Positions 22,257 through 30,632 of a stretch of 32,000 nucleotides of DNA are shown piece by piece. Position numbers and translations under genes: made by a program. Below the pieces are notes generated by a model. It was not told the DNA's origin and searched no databases. It saw only the letters and a program-made list of their open reading frames with translations. This stretch comes from Geobacter sulfurreducens PCA (GTDB lineage: Bacteria; Desulfobacterota; Desulfuromonadia; Geobacterales; Geobacteraceae): the NCBI RefSeq assembly GCF_000007985.2, contig NC_002939.5, positions 1-32,000 on the forward strand. The letters run 5' to 3'. Positions within the stretch are counted from its first letter, which is position 1; every line of letters starts with the position of its first letter.

Positions 22257-22285
22257 TTGACAGGGGGGCAAAGTACCATTACATT
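22257..22285 (+). promoter_or_regulatory. Sigma70-like promoter for the J-protein gene
   Basis: -35 TTGACA (22257-22262), a 17-nt spacer, and -10 TACATT (22280-22285), about 36 nt upstream of ATG 22321. The two -35 hexamers face back to back as an 8-bp inverted repeat, CCTGTCAA..TTGACAGG. Confidence 0.5.
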
Positions 22286-22320
22286 CTGAGGGCCACATTC
22301 ATCGTGAAAGGATCTATGTC

Positions 22321-23205
22321 ATGGCGCAGCACGACTATTACGAAACCCTCGGCCTGAAAAAGGGGGCAACCGAAGAGGAGATCAAGAAGGCCTACCGCAA
22401 ACTGGCCATCACGTATCACCCGGACAAAAATCCCGGCGACGCCGCGGCTGAGGAAAAATTCAAGGAGATCAACGAGGCCTATGCTGTCCTCTCCGATCCC
22501 CAGAAGCGGGCCCAGTACGATCAGTTCGGTTCCAACGGATTCCACCAGCGCTTCTCCCAGGAAGACATTTTCCGGGGGTTCGACGTGGGGGACATGTTCA
22601 AGGATATGGGGGTCGGCACCGACGACATCTTTTCCCGCATATTCGGAGGAGGATTCCGTCAGGGAGGCTTCAGCTTCACAGGGACACGGCAGCGGGGTGG
22701 GGATTTTACCATGGAGCTTCCCGTCACCTTCCGGGAGGCCTACGCGGGCTGCGAAAAGCGGGTTGCGTACCGGCGGGACGGCATGCGGGAGGAGATCTCC
22801 GTCAAGGTCCCGGCCGGCGTTGAAACCGGGGCGCGCCTGCGGGTTGCGGGCAAGGGAGGGGTCGGCAGCGGCGGCACGGGGGACCTCTACCTGGTTGTGA
22901 AGGTGGGAGGCGATCCACAGTTCCACCGCGAAGGAGATGACATCGTGGTGGAACGGGAGATCAAATTCACCGACGCGGCACTCGGCGCGAGCCTTGATGT
23001 GCCGACCCTGGAAGGGACCAAGCGCGTCAAGGTTCCCGCCGGTATCCAGTCCGGCACCAAGATTCGCCTGAAGGGCCTTGGTTTCCCCCATATGGGGAAA
23101 ACAGCCAAGGGAGATCTCTACGTTCACATCAATGTATCGGTTCCCCGGTCGCTTTCCGCCGACCAAAAGGCTATTCTGGAAAAGCTGCGTGAGGCGGGGC
23201 TGTAA
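22321..23205 (+). CDS. DnaJ-class chaperone, class II / CbpA-type, J domain without zinc finger (294 aa)
   Basis: J domain [33 protein letters not shown] (HPD motif). Short G/F segment [12 protein letters not shown]. No CxxCxGxG repeats. DnaJ C-terminal substrate-binding domains (GDLYLVVKV.., GDLYVHINV). RBS AAAGGA. Confidence 0.9.
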   Translation: MAQHDYYETLGLKKGATEEEIKKAYRKLAITYHPDKNPGDAAAEEKFKEINEAYAVLSDPQKRAQYDQFGSNGFHQRFSQEDIFRGFDVGDMFKDMGVGTDDIFSRIFGGGFRQGGFSFTGTRQRGGDFTMELPVTFREAYAGCEKRVAYRRDGMREEISVKVPAGVETGARLRVAGKGGVGSGGTGDLYLVVKVGGDPQFHREGDDIVVEREIKFTDAALGASLDVPTLEGTKRVKVPAGIQSGTKIRLKGLGFPHMGKTAKGDLYVHINVSVPRSLSADQKAILEKLREAGL

Positions 23206-23252
23206 CGAGGGGTGCCATCTGAATCACGACGCCAGGGAGATGGATATGGCAT

Positions 23253-23288
23253 AAAACCCCCCCGGAGCCGCGGCCCCGGGGGGGTTTT
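23253..23288. terminator. Bidirectional intrinsic terminator between the J-protein gene and the SurA-like gene
   Basis: AAAACCCCCCCGG (23253-23265), loop AGCCGCGGCC, CCGGGGGGGTTTT (23276-23288): a perfect 13-bp stem with A/T runs on both flanks, between convergent genes. Confidence 0.75.
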
Positions 23289-23309
23289 ACGCTCTGCTCG
23301 GTTGGGCGG

Positions 23310-24275
23310 CTACTGCCGCAGTTCGATGGCCGCTCCCTTGCGCAGGTCAGCCACCCATTGGTTGAAGCGGTCTTCTGATTTTTTGCGGTAAACCAGATCT
23401 TCCACCTCGGCCTTGACCTGCTCGAACGGCTTGGGGGTGCCGAGGGAGCGCTCTTCCAGCTTGACGATGTGGAGCCCTGTGGCGGTGTAGATGAGGTCGC
23501 TCACCTCGCCCGGCTGCATCCGCGTCAACTGCTCCTCGAATTCCGGCAGGATGTCCCCCTTGCGGAAGGTCCCCAGATCGCCGCCGTTGCCCTTGGCCGC
23601 CGGATCGTCGGAATACTGGCGCGCCAACTCGGCAAAGTCCTTGCCTGACTGGGCCTCATGCAGGACGGTCATGGCCGTGGTCATCACCTTTTTCACCTGC
23701 TCGGCGGACATCTTGTCGTCGAGCTTGAAATAGATGTTCCGTGCCCTGAAGATATCCTCGGCCCCGAACTTTGCCTTGTTCGCCTCGTAATACTCCCGCA
23801 TCTCCCGTTCACCCACCTGGATCTTGGAACGCACCTCCTGGCTCACGAGCCGCAGCCGCTCCAGCTGTTCCTTTATCTGGGCCTTGTACTGGTCGAAGGA
23901 AAGCCCCTGGTTGGCCAACGCCGCCACGAGAGCCTCCTGGGAGAGCTTGTTCTGCCGTTTCACGTCTTCAATTGCTTGACGTACTTCCTCCTCACCCACC
24001 CGGATGTCGAGTTCGCGGATCTTCTGTTCCACGAGCTTTTTGTCGATGAGGCGGTTGAGGGCGACCTCGTCCAGATTGGCAAGGGACTTGGGGTCGGGAG
24101 GCGGCTGCTGGCGCTCGGCCTCCTTGAGAAGAGCCCGCTTCTCCTTGTCCACGGCGTAGGAGGTGACGATCTCATCGTTAACAACGGCGAGGATTCGGCT
24201 TACCACCTCGGCGGACGAGAGGGACGGGAGAGTGAGGACGACGGCAAGAGATAAAGGTATGAGGCGTTTGATCAT
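23310..24275 (-). CDS. Periplasmic SurA-like chaperone / parvulin-type peptidyl-prolyl isomerase (321 aa from ATG 24275)
   Basis: Signal peptide MIKRLIPLSLAVVLTLPSLSSA|EV. SurA N-terminal-like region. One PpiC/parvulin domain (FRARNIYFKL..GGDLGTFRKGDILPEFE..TGLHIVKLEE). The track ORF begins at GTG 24293; ATG 24275 gives a canonical signal peptide. Confidence 0.85.
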   Translation of the reverse strand: MIKRLIPLSLAVVLTLPSLSSAEVVSRILAVVNDEIVTSYAVDKEKRALLKEAERQQPPPDPKSLANLDEVALNRLIDKKLVEQKIRELDIRVGEEEVRQAIEDVKRQNKLSQEALVAALANQGLSFDQYKAQIKEQLERLRLVSQEVRSKIQVGEREMREYYEANKAKFGAEDIFRARNIYFKLDDKMSAEQVKKVMTTAMTVLHEAQSGKDFAELARQYSDDPAAKGNGGDLGTFRKGDILPEFEEQLTRMQPGEVSDLIYTATGLHIVKLEERSLGTPKPFEQVKAEVEDLVYRKKSEDRFNQWVADLRKGAAIELRQ

Positions 24276-24300
24276 GGTCCGTTGTCTGAGCACGAAAGAG

Positions 24301-24334
24301 GAGGGGGCGACCCCTGGTGCGGTCCCGCCCCCTC
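24301..24334 (-). terminator. GC-rich hairpin between the two parvulin genes (possible attenuator)
   Basis: GAGGGGGCG (24301-24309) pairs with CGCCCCCTC (24326-24334), a 9-bp stem with a 16-nt loop. On the minus strand it sits after the upstream stop codon (24353-24355) and is followed by CTCTTTC. Confidence 0.3.
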
Positions 24335-24352
24335 TTGAAGGTAATTACGTCA

Positions 24353-25294
24353 CTACTTGGCGGCGGGTGTCGCGGCAGGCTGCGCGGGAGCAGGATGCTC
24401 GGCCGCTGCGCTCTGGCCGCCGAGCCCCTTGAGCACGTCTTCCTTGATGGAGATCGTCGCGCCCTTCTTGATGTCTTCCTTGAGCTTCTGGAAGACTTCC
24501 TGCTGCTTGCCCGGCAGGACTGCTGCCTTGATCTGGTCCTTCACTTCTTCAAAGGTGCGCTCGCCGGCGGGACGCTTGCCGGTCACCTTGATGATGTGGT
24601 AGCCGAACTGGGTCCTGACGATGCCGGAGGTCTCCCCTTCCTTGAGGCCGAAGGCGACTTTCTCGAATTCGGGGACCATGTTCCCCTTGCTGAACCAGCC
24701 CAGATCGCCACCCTTGGCGGCGGCGGAGTCGATGGAGTGCTTCTTGGCCAACTCCTCGAAATTGGCACCGCCCTTGAGCTCCTTCACGATCTCCTGAGCG
24801 AGCTTCTCATCCCGCACGAGAATGTGGCTGGCCTTGATCTGGGCGCCGGACTTGAATTTGTCCTTATTCTGATCGTAGAACTTCTTGAGTTCCTCGTCGG
24901 ATACCTGGACCTGCTCCTCGACCTTCTTCTTGAGATAAGCCTCAACCACGACGCGCTTCTTGAGCTCTTCCACCCGGTCGGCAATCTCGGCGCTCTTGTC
25001 GACCCCGTCCTTCTTAGCCTGCTGGTAGAGGAGTTCGCGCACCACCATGGTGTCCAGCAGCTCCTTTTTCCCTTCCGGCGTATCCGCCATGGGCTTCAGG
25101 TAAGGAGGCAGTCCCTCAAGCTCCTTGTTGAAATTTTCCACGGTGATGGCGTCACCGTTGACTTCCACGAGTACCTGGCCTGCTTTTTTGGCCGGAGCTG
25201 CCGTCGTGCCGGACTCGGTCTTGCCCTTGCAGCCGCCGAGGGCAGCCAGACAGAGGGAGACCGAAAGGATGGTGACGATAGTGTGTCTCTTCAC
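24353..25294 (-). CDS. Lipoprotein parvulin-type peptidyl-prolyl isomerase, PrsA/PpiC-like (313 aa)
   Basis: GTG start with RBS AAGGAG 7 nt upstream. Lipobox-like signal MKRHTIVTILSVSLCLAALGGC. Parvulin domain (KASHILV..GGDLGWFSKGNMVPEFE..FGYHIIKV). Confidence 0.87.
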   Translation of the reverse strand: MKRHTIVTILSVSLCLAALGGCKGKTESGTTAAPAKKAGQVLVEVNGDAITVENFNKELEGLPPYLKPMADTPEGKKELLDTMVVRELLYQQAKKDGVDKSAEIADRVEELKKRVVVEAYLKKKVEEQVQVSDEELKKFYDQNKDKFKSGAQIKASHILVRDEKLAQEIVKELKGGANFEELAKKHSIDSAAAKGGDLGWFSKGNMVPEFEKVAFGLKEGETSGIVRTQFGYHIIKVTGKRPAGERTFEEVKDQIKAAVLPGKQQEVFQKLKEDIKKGATISIKEDVLKGLGGQSAAAEHPAPAQPAATPAAK

Positions 25295-25354
25295 GGACGA
25301 ACTCCTTTTAGCTAAATGATTTAAATACCGAACAATCTTACGGAAGCTAGCATA

Positions 25355-28300
25355 TCACCCCAGCCTTTTCAAGAGATTTCTGGCTTCGGCCAGGACCCCC
25401 TCGAAGCTGGTGTCGGCCAGTTCCGCCACGAGACGGAAGTCCGGGGTGAACTGGTACCGTTTTGGGTTTGCTTTAATGAGACCGATAATGGTGTCGGGCG
25501 AAACCGGAGTTTTCTCGTGAAATGAGAGACAGAGCCGTTTGCCGTCAAACTCCGCCATCCGGACCAGGAAGTGCTTGAGCATGATCCGCAGCTTCATCAC
25601 GTCCAGCAGGTAGGAGGCCGCCAGCGGCAGCGTGCCGAACCGGTCCACCAGTTCTTCCATGACCTCGCCCACCTCCTCTTCGGCCGTGGCCTGGGTCAGC
25701 TTCTTGTAGATGACGAGGCGCTGATTCGGTTCGCGCACATAGTCCTCGGGGATGAAGGCCGGCACCCGCAGGTTGATCTCCGGCTCCACCCGCTCTACCG
25801 GCTCCTCGCCCTTGAGTTTCTGGACCGCCTCTTCTAGGAGTTCTGTGTAGAGGTCGAAGCCGACGGCGGCAATGTTGCCCGACTGCTTGGCCCCCAGGAG
25901 ATCGCCGGCGCCCCTGATCTCCAGGTCGTGGGTGGCCAGGCGGAAGCCGGCCCCCAGCTCGTTCAGTTCTTGGATGATCCGCAGCCGCTCCCGGGCATCG
26001 GACGAGATGGCGCCTTCGCCGGGTATGAGGAGATAGGCGTAGGCCCGCTGCCGGGAGCGCCCTACCCTTCCCCGCAACTGGTAAAGCTGGGCCAGTCCGA
26101 AGGTGTCAGCCCGGTCCACGATGAGGGTGTTGGCACTGGGGATGTCCAGGCCTGACTCGATGATCGTGGTGCAGAGCAGAAGGTTCGTTTCCCCGTGCAT
26201 GAAGCCAAGCATCACCTTCTCCAGCTCGCCTTCGTCCATCTGGCCGTGCCCCACGGCGATCTTTGCCTCGGGCACGATGCGGCGCAGGTGTTCGTACCAG
26301 GCTCCGATGGACTGGACCCGATTGTGGACGAAGAACACCTGCCCTCCCCTTCGGAGCTCCCGCAGAACCGCTTCGCGGATGAGCTCGTCGGAGGTACGGG
26401 CCACGAAGGTCTTAACTGCCAGCCGATCCACGGGCGGGGTGTCGATGATGGAGAGGTCGCGGATACCCATGAGCGACATGTAGAGAGTGCGGGGAATGGG
26501 GGTGGCGGTGAGGGTCAGGATGTCCACCGCTGCCTTGTACTTTTTCAGCTTTTCCTTGTGGGTTACCCCGAAGCGCTGCTCCTCGTCCACGATGAGAAGC
26601 CCCAGGTCCTTGAACGTCACATCGTTTTGAAGGAGTCGGTGGGTGCCGATGATGACATCGACGGTCCCCTTTTTCACCCGCTCCAGGATGTCCTTCTGTT
26701 CCTTGGGAGTCCTGAAGCGGGAAACCATTTCAATGGTGACCGGGTAGGCCCCAAGCCGCGCCCTGAAGGTCTCCAAATGCTGCTGGGCCAGGACTGTGGT
26801 CGGCACCAGGACCGCCACCTGCTTGCCGTCCATGACCGCCTTGAAAGCTCCCCGCATGGCCACTTCGGTCTTGCCGTAGCCCACGTCGCCGCAGACCAGC
26901 CGGTCCATGGGCCGGTTGCTGGTCATGTCGGCGATGACGTCTTCGATGGCAGCCAGCTGGTCGGAGGTCTCCTCGTAGGCGAAGGAGGCCTCGAACTCCC
27001 GGTAGAGATCGTCGGGGGGGGAAAACCGGTGCCCCTCGTGAAGTTGGCGGGCCGCGTAGATCCGCAAGAGTTCTTCGGCCATCTCCTGGACTGCCGCGCG
27101 GGCCTTGCCCTTGGCCTTCTCCCATGAGGTGCCGCCGAGCCGGTCGACCCGCGGTTCGATCCCCTCGGAGCCCACGTAGCGCTGCACCAGGCTGAGCCGG
27201 TCCACCGGCAGGTAGAGCTTGTCCCCCCCCGCATACTCCAGCAGCAGGAAGTCGCCGGCACAGCCGCTGAGCGAAAGGTGCTGGAGTCCACGGTAAATGC
27301 CGACCCCGTGGTCCAGGTGAACCATGTGATCGCCCGGCTTCAGCTCCGCCAGGGAGGTCATGATCTGCTTTTTGCGCAACTCGGTGATGCCGCGCCGTTT
27401 TTGCCGCTTGCCGAAGATTTCCTCTTCGGCGATGACCACGAGCCGTCCTTCCGGCAACCTGAACCCGCGAGAGATTTCGCCGATTACGATGTCCACCCTG
27501 CCGTCGTCCCGCTCCCGTTCCGCCGGGAAGGGGCGGTCCGAGACGGTAAGGGGGACCGGGTAATGGGCCAGTAACTCATACAGCCGCTGGGCCTGACCGC
27601 GCTGGTGGCAGGCTATGATCACCCGTTGCCGCTCCTCGATCCAGCCGGTCAGGCGAGCGGCCAGCGGCCGCAGGACCCCCTCGCTGTCGGGCGAGATGTC
27701 CACCTTGAGGTCGGCGTTCGTCTCGGTGGCAATGTCGATGGTCTCCGGGGAATCACCCTCGTTCAGGTGCAGGAAGGGGATGGTCACCAGTCTCCCCGCA
27801 GCCAGGGCGGCCGCAGTATCCGCCGGGGCGAGGAAGAGGCTTTCCGGCGCGGGAAAGAGCTCGCCCCGCTCCCGGGCGCGGTCGGAAGCCTCCTCCAGTT
27901 CCCGCGAGAGTCGTTCTCCCTCCTCTTCCTGGGCTGCCGGATCGACCAGGACCCGCACGGCGTCGCCGGCGTAGTCAAGCAGGGTCTCCAGATTCTGGTG
28001 AAAGAGGGGAAGGAGCCATTCGACTCCTGCCGGGTAGAGGCCGTTCTGGAGCTGTTCCAGCAGCTCGCGGCGGACCAAGGGGGATATCTCCAGATCGTCG
28101 CAGCGCGTCTTGATGCGGGACGCCGCCCCCTGCAGGGTATCGGCAGTCAGGAGCAACTCCCGCGACGGGAGCAGCAGTAACTCTTCCAGGGGCTGGAGGG
28201 AGCGCTGGGAGAGCGGTTCGAAGCTCCGGATGGTATCGACGAAGTCGCCGAAGAATTCGATCCGCACCGGCAGATCGAAACCCGGCGGGAAGATGTCGAC

Positions 28301-28828
28301 GATGCCGCCCCGCACGGCAAAGGTTCCCCGGTCCTCCACCAGCGGCACGTTGAGGTAGCCGAGGGTCACCAGCCGTGACAGGAGATCGTCCCGGTCGCTC
28401 TCTTCGCCGGGCAGAAAGTAGAGTGAGGCACTGTCCAGAAGGGAGCGCGGCACTACCCGTTGGCGCAGAGCCTCCGGCGTGGTTACCACGGCAGCCGCCC
28501 TGCGGTCCGCCAGCCGGCGCAGGACTGCCAGCCGCTGGGCCGTCACGTCGGCATGGGGCGATGCCTTTTCAAAGGGCGAGGTGTCCCAGGCGGGAAACAG
28601 GAGGATGTCGCCGGGTCTTCCCGTGAAGAACCGGAGTTCCGTGGTGAGCTCGGCGGCGGCTTCGGCGTCGGGGACGACCACGAGGAATGGAGCTCCCGCC
28701 TCCCCGATGAGCCGGGCCAGCAGATAGGCTGGCGACGACCCCCTGAGCCCGGCAAGGGTGAGCCGGGCGGCAGGGGGGGTGAGGCGGTCGGTGAGGCGTT
28801 TGAAGAGATCGGTATCGGTCTGTGTCAT
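25355..28828 (-). CDS. mfd: Transcription-repair coupling factor Mfd (1157 aa from ATG 28828)
   Basis: UvrB-homology N-terminal region. CarD/RNAP-interaction domain (GDHMVHLDHGVGIY). Superfamily-2 translocase motifs GDVGYGKTEVA, DEEQRFG and TATPIPRT. TRCF C-terminal domain. The track ORF extends 89 codons further upstream, but that stretch overlaps the 3' end of the MocR gene and has atypical composition. Confidence 0.95.
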   Translation of the reverse strand: MTQTDTDLFKRLTDRLTPPAARLTLAGLRGSSPAYLLARLIGEAGAPFLVVVPDAEAAAELTTELRFFTGRPGDILLFPAWDTSPFEKASPHADVTAQRLAVLRRLADRRAAAVVTTPEALRQRVVPRSLLDSASLYFLPGEESDRDDLLSRLVTLGYLNVPLVEDRGTFAVRGGIVDIFPPGFDLPVRIEFFGDFVDTIRSFEPLSQRSLQPLEELLLLPSRELLLTADTLQGAASRIKTRCDDLEISPLVRRELLEQLQNGLYPAGVEWLLPLFHQNLETLLDYAGDAVRVLVDPAAQEEEGERLSRELEEASDRARERGELFPAPESLFLAPADTAAALAAGRLVTIPFLHLNEGDSPETIDIATETNADLKVDISPDSEGVLRPLAARLTGWIEERQRVIIACHQRGQAQRLYELLAHYPVPLTVSDRPFPAERERDDGRVDIVIGEISRGFRLPEGRLVVIAEEEIFGKRQKRRGITELRKKQIMTSLAELKPGDHMVHLDHGVGIYRGLQHLSLSGCAGDFLLLEYAGGDKLYLPVDRLSLVQRYVGSEGIEPRVDRLGGTSWEKAKGKARAAVQEMAEELLRIYAARQLHEGHRFSPPDDLYREFEASFAYEETSDQLAAIEDVIADMTSNRPMDRLVCGDVGYGKTEVAMRGAFKAVMDGKQVAVLVPTTVLAQQHLETFRARLGAYPVTIEMVSRFRTPKEQKDILERVKKGTVDVIIGTHRLLQNDVTFKDLGLLIVDEEQRFGVTHKEKLKKYKAAVDILTLTATPIPRTLYMSLMGIRDLSIIDTPPVDRLAVKTFVARTSDELIREAVLRELRRGGQVFFVHNRVQSIGAWYEHLRRIVPEAKIAVGHGQMDEGELEKVMLGFMHGETNLLLCTTIIESGLDIPSANTLIVDRADTFGLAQLYQLRGRVGRSRQRAYAYLLIPGEGAISSDARERLRIIQELNELGAGFRLATHDLEIRGAGDLLGAKQSGNIAAVGFDLYTELLEEAVQKLKGEEPVERVEPEINLRVPAFIPEDYVREPNQRLVIYKKLTQATAEEEVGEVMEELVDRFGTLPLAASYLLDVMKLRIMLKHFLVRMAEFDGKRLCLSFHEKTPVSPDTIIGLIKANPKRYQFTPDFRLVAELADTSFEGVLAEARNLLKRLG

Positions 28829-28902
28829 TGCTTGGTTCTGTCGGATTGCCGGGTGGCCATGATCGCCGGAACAGGATAGCAGATAGGCGCCGGGCTCGCC
28901 AA

Positions 28903-30351
28903 TCACATCATGGCGGCGGCCAGTTCTCCAAGGGTATGGATGGCCCGTTCCACCCGATCGTCCCACCATGCGGCGTTCAGGCGGATGCAGTTGCGGTACT
29001 TGCCGGTGGCCGAAAAAATTGGACCCGGCGCAATGGTGATCCCCCTGGTGAGCGCCTGCTCGTAGAGAACCAGGGAGTCCACCCGCTCGGGGCATTCGAC
29101 CCAGAGGACAAACCCCCCTTCGGGTCGGGTGACACGGGTACCGACCGGGAATGCCTGCCCCACCGCCTCGGCCATGAGGGACATCTGGCGGGCGTAGATC
29201 CTGCGGATGCGCCGCAGGTGGTGGTCATACCCGCCGTTGGCAAGAAACTCCGCCACGGCAAGCTCCGTGGGCGTAGAGCAGGCGATGGTGGTCACCGCTT
29301 TGAGCCGCTCGATCTCCTTTTGGAAGATCCCCGGAGCCACCCAGCCGACCCGGTAGCCCGGTGCAACGGTTTTGGTGACCGATGTGCAGTACAGGACGAG
29401 CCCTGCCTCGTCGAAGGCCTTGGCCGCCCGGGGGCGTTCCGGGGAGAAACTCAGATCGCCGTAGATATCGTCCTCGATGAGGGGAATCCGGCGGGCCGCC
29501 AGCATTGCCACCAGTTCGCGCTTGTGGTCGTCGGGCATGAGGCTTCCCAGGGGATTGTTGAAGTTGGCGACCACCAGGCAGGCCCGGATCGGGGTGTGAT
29601 CAAGGGCGTAGCGCAGGGCGTCGAGGCTGATCCCCGTGCGCGGATGGGTGGGGATCTCCAGGGCCTTGAGCCCCATCAGGTCGATCGCCTGCAGGAAGTT
29701 GTAGTACACCGGCGATTCCACTGCCACCGTATCCCCGGGACGGCAGATGGCCCGCAGCGACAGGACTACCGCCTCGATACAGCCGGAGGTGGTCACGATC
29801 TGGTCCGGCGCCAAGGCGCACCCCACGGCCAGCATCCGCCGGGCGATCTGGACCCGCAGCCGCTCGCAGCCGGGTGGCATATCGTAGGAGACGCTGGCCA
29901 CGGCATGTTTCCGGCTCTCGGTGGCGAGCATCCGGTTCAACCGGTCCACCGGCAGCAGCTCGGGATTGGGAATGGCGGCGCCCAGCGGGACGAGGTCCGG
30001 GTTGCGGGTATCCCGCATTACCATCATGGAGAGTTCCGCCGTGCCGACGGTTGTAGGTTTCAGGGGCGGCGCCGTCATTTCCGGCTCGGCTGTCGAGCCG
30101 GGGAAGCGGGCTCTCACGTAGTACCCTGATTGGGGGCGCGCCTCGATGAGTCCTCGATCCTCGAGGAGGGTGTAGGCCTCCATCACCGTGGTGAGGCTCA
30201 CCTGGAATTGCCGCCCCAGTGCCCTGACCGACGGAATCCGGTCCCCTGCCCGGAATGTTCCCTCGCCGATGAGTTGGGCCACGCGGCCGGCCACCGATTC
30301 GTAGAGAGGGATTTTGCCTCCGCTTTTCACCGTGTTCATCGCTAGTGTCAT
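28903..30351 (-). CDS. MocR-subfamily GntR regulator: wHTH fused to a PLP-dependent aminotransferase-like domain (482 aa)
   Basis: N-terminal GntR HTH (PLYESVAGRVAQLIGEGTFRAGDRIPSVRALGRQFQVSLTTVMEAYTLLEDRGLI), a linker, and a fold-type-I aminotransferase domain with SVTKTVAPGYRVGW (putative PLP lysine). RBS GGGGAGA 8 nt before ATG 30351. Confidence 0.9.
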   Translation of the reverse strand: MTLAMNTVKSGGKIPLYESVAGRVAQLIGEGTFRAGDRIPSVRALGRQFQVSLTTVMEAYTLLEDRGLIEARPQSGYYVRARFPGSTAEPEMTAPPLKPTTVGTAELSMMVMRDTRNPDLVPLGAAIPNPELLPVDRLNRMLATESRKHAVASVSYDMPPGCERLRVQIARRMLAVGCALAPDQIVTTSGCIEAVVLSLRAICRPGDTVAVESPVYYNFLQAIDLMGLKALEIPTHPRTGISLDALRYALDHTPIRACLVVANFNNPLGSLMPDDHKRELVAMLAARRIPLIEDDIYGDLSFSPERPRAAKAFDEAGLVLYCTSVTKTVAPGYRVGWVAPGIFQKEIERLKAVTTIACSTPTELAVAEFLANGGYDHHLRRIRRIYARQMSLMAEAVGQAFPVGTRVTRPEGGFVLWVECPERVDSLVLYEQALTRGITIAPGPIFSATGKYRNCIRLNAAWWDDRVERAIHTLGELAAAMM

Positions 30352-30577
30352 GGTCCTAGTCTCCCCGAGAACGTTTTCGACCGGTACACTCGGTGAGGAA
30401 AAGTATACGTCGCAACTCCATATGCTGGGTAGATACAGTCGTCCTTGAATTAAACCATAACAGTTGGTGAAATGCCATCATTGTATGTGTACAGATGCTT
30501 CTTGTTCTTCCCTTCAGCGGCGGTAAAAAATAGTTAAAGGGATCGAAGAATGATCCGATAAGTGAAAATGGGGAAAG

Positions 30578-30586
30578 TGGTATAAT
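30578..30586 (+). promoter_or_regulatory. Extended -10 promoter element (TGgTATAAT) upstream of the pentapeptide-repeat gene
   Basis: TGGTATAAT at 30578-30586 is a perfect TATAAT with an upstream TG. It lies ~47 nt before ATG 30633, at the edge of an AT-rich spacer. No good -35 is seen, which an extended -10 tolerates. Confidence 0.5.
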
Positions 30587-30632
30587 GCTCCGCTCCTCGC
30601 TTCAAACCCATGAGAAGGAAGCGTATCCGACT

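Noticed and set aside
24317-25315. 332-aa plus-strand ORF opposite the lipoprotein parvulin gene
   Set aside because: It is an antisense shadow ORF. Its Leu/Asp/Gly/Glu-rich low-complexity translation arises from reading the Lys/Glu-rich parvulin gene backwards.
27014-27230. Two 8-nt G/C homopolymer runs inside mfd (27014-27021, 27223-27230), considered as possible slip-strand switches for a mutation-rate gene
   Set aside because: Similar 7-8-nt G/C runs occur in hemY (20600-20607), gyrB (5503-5509), gyrA (8073-8079) and elsewhere. They correspond to Pro-Pro or Gly-Gly codons in conserved positions. They therefore look like a by-product of GGG/CCC codon usage in a GC-rich genome. The tracts are also short for efficient phase variation.
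28829-29095. 89-codon 5' extension of the mfd ORF in the track (start at 29095)
   Set aside because: The extension overlaps the 3' end of the MocR gene in another frame. It encodes an Arg/Gly/His/Pro-rich sequence unlike any Mfd N-terminus. ATG 28828 yields a protein of 1157 aa, a size typical of Mfd.
28822-30129. 435-aa plus-strand ORF opposite the MocR-type regulator
   Set aside because: It is an antisense shadow of a gene with a clear wHTH and aminotransferase fold. The translation is Gly/Arg/Pro/His-rich with no motifs.
30472-30537. 21-codon small ORF (MPSLYVYRCFLFFPSAAVKNS) in the AT-rich spacer
   Set aside because: Its AT-rich codon usage is unlike the genome, and the GGTGA lies only 1 nt from the ATG, which is poor spacing. 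It sits upstream of the predicted promoter and has no supporting feature. It cannot be told apart from a chance ORF without ribosome profiling or conservation data.
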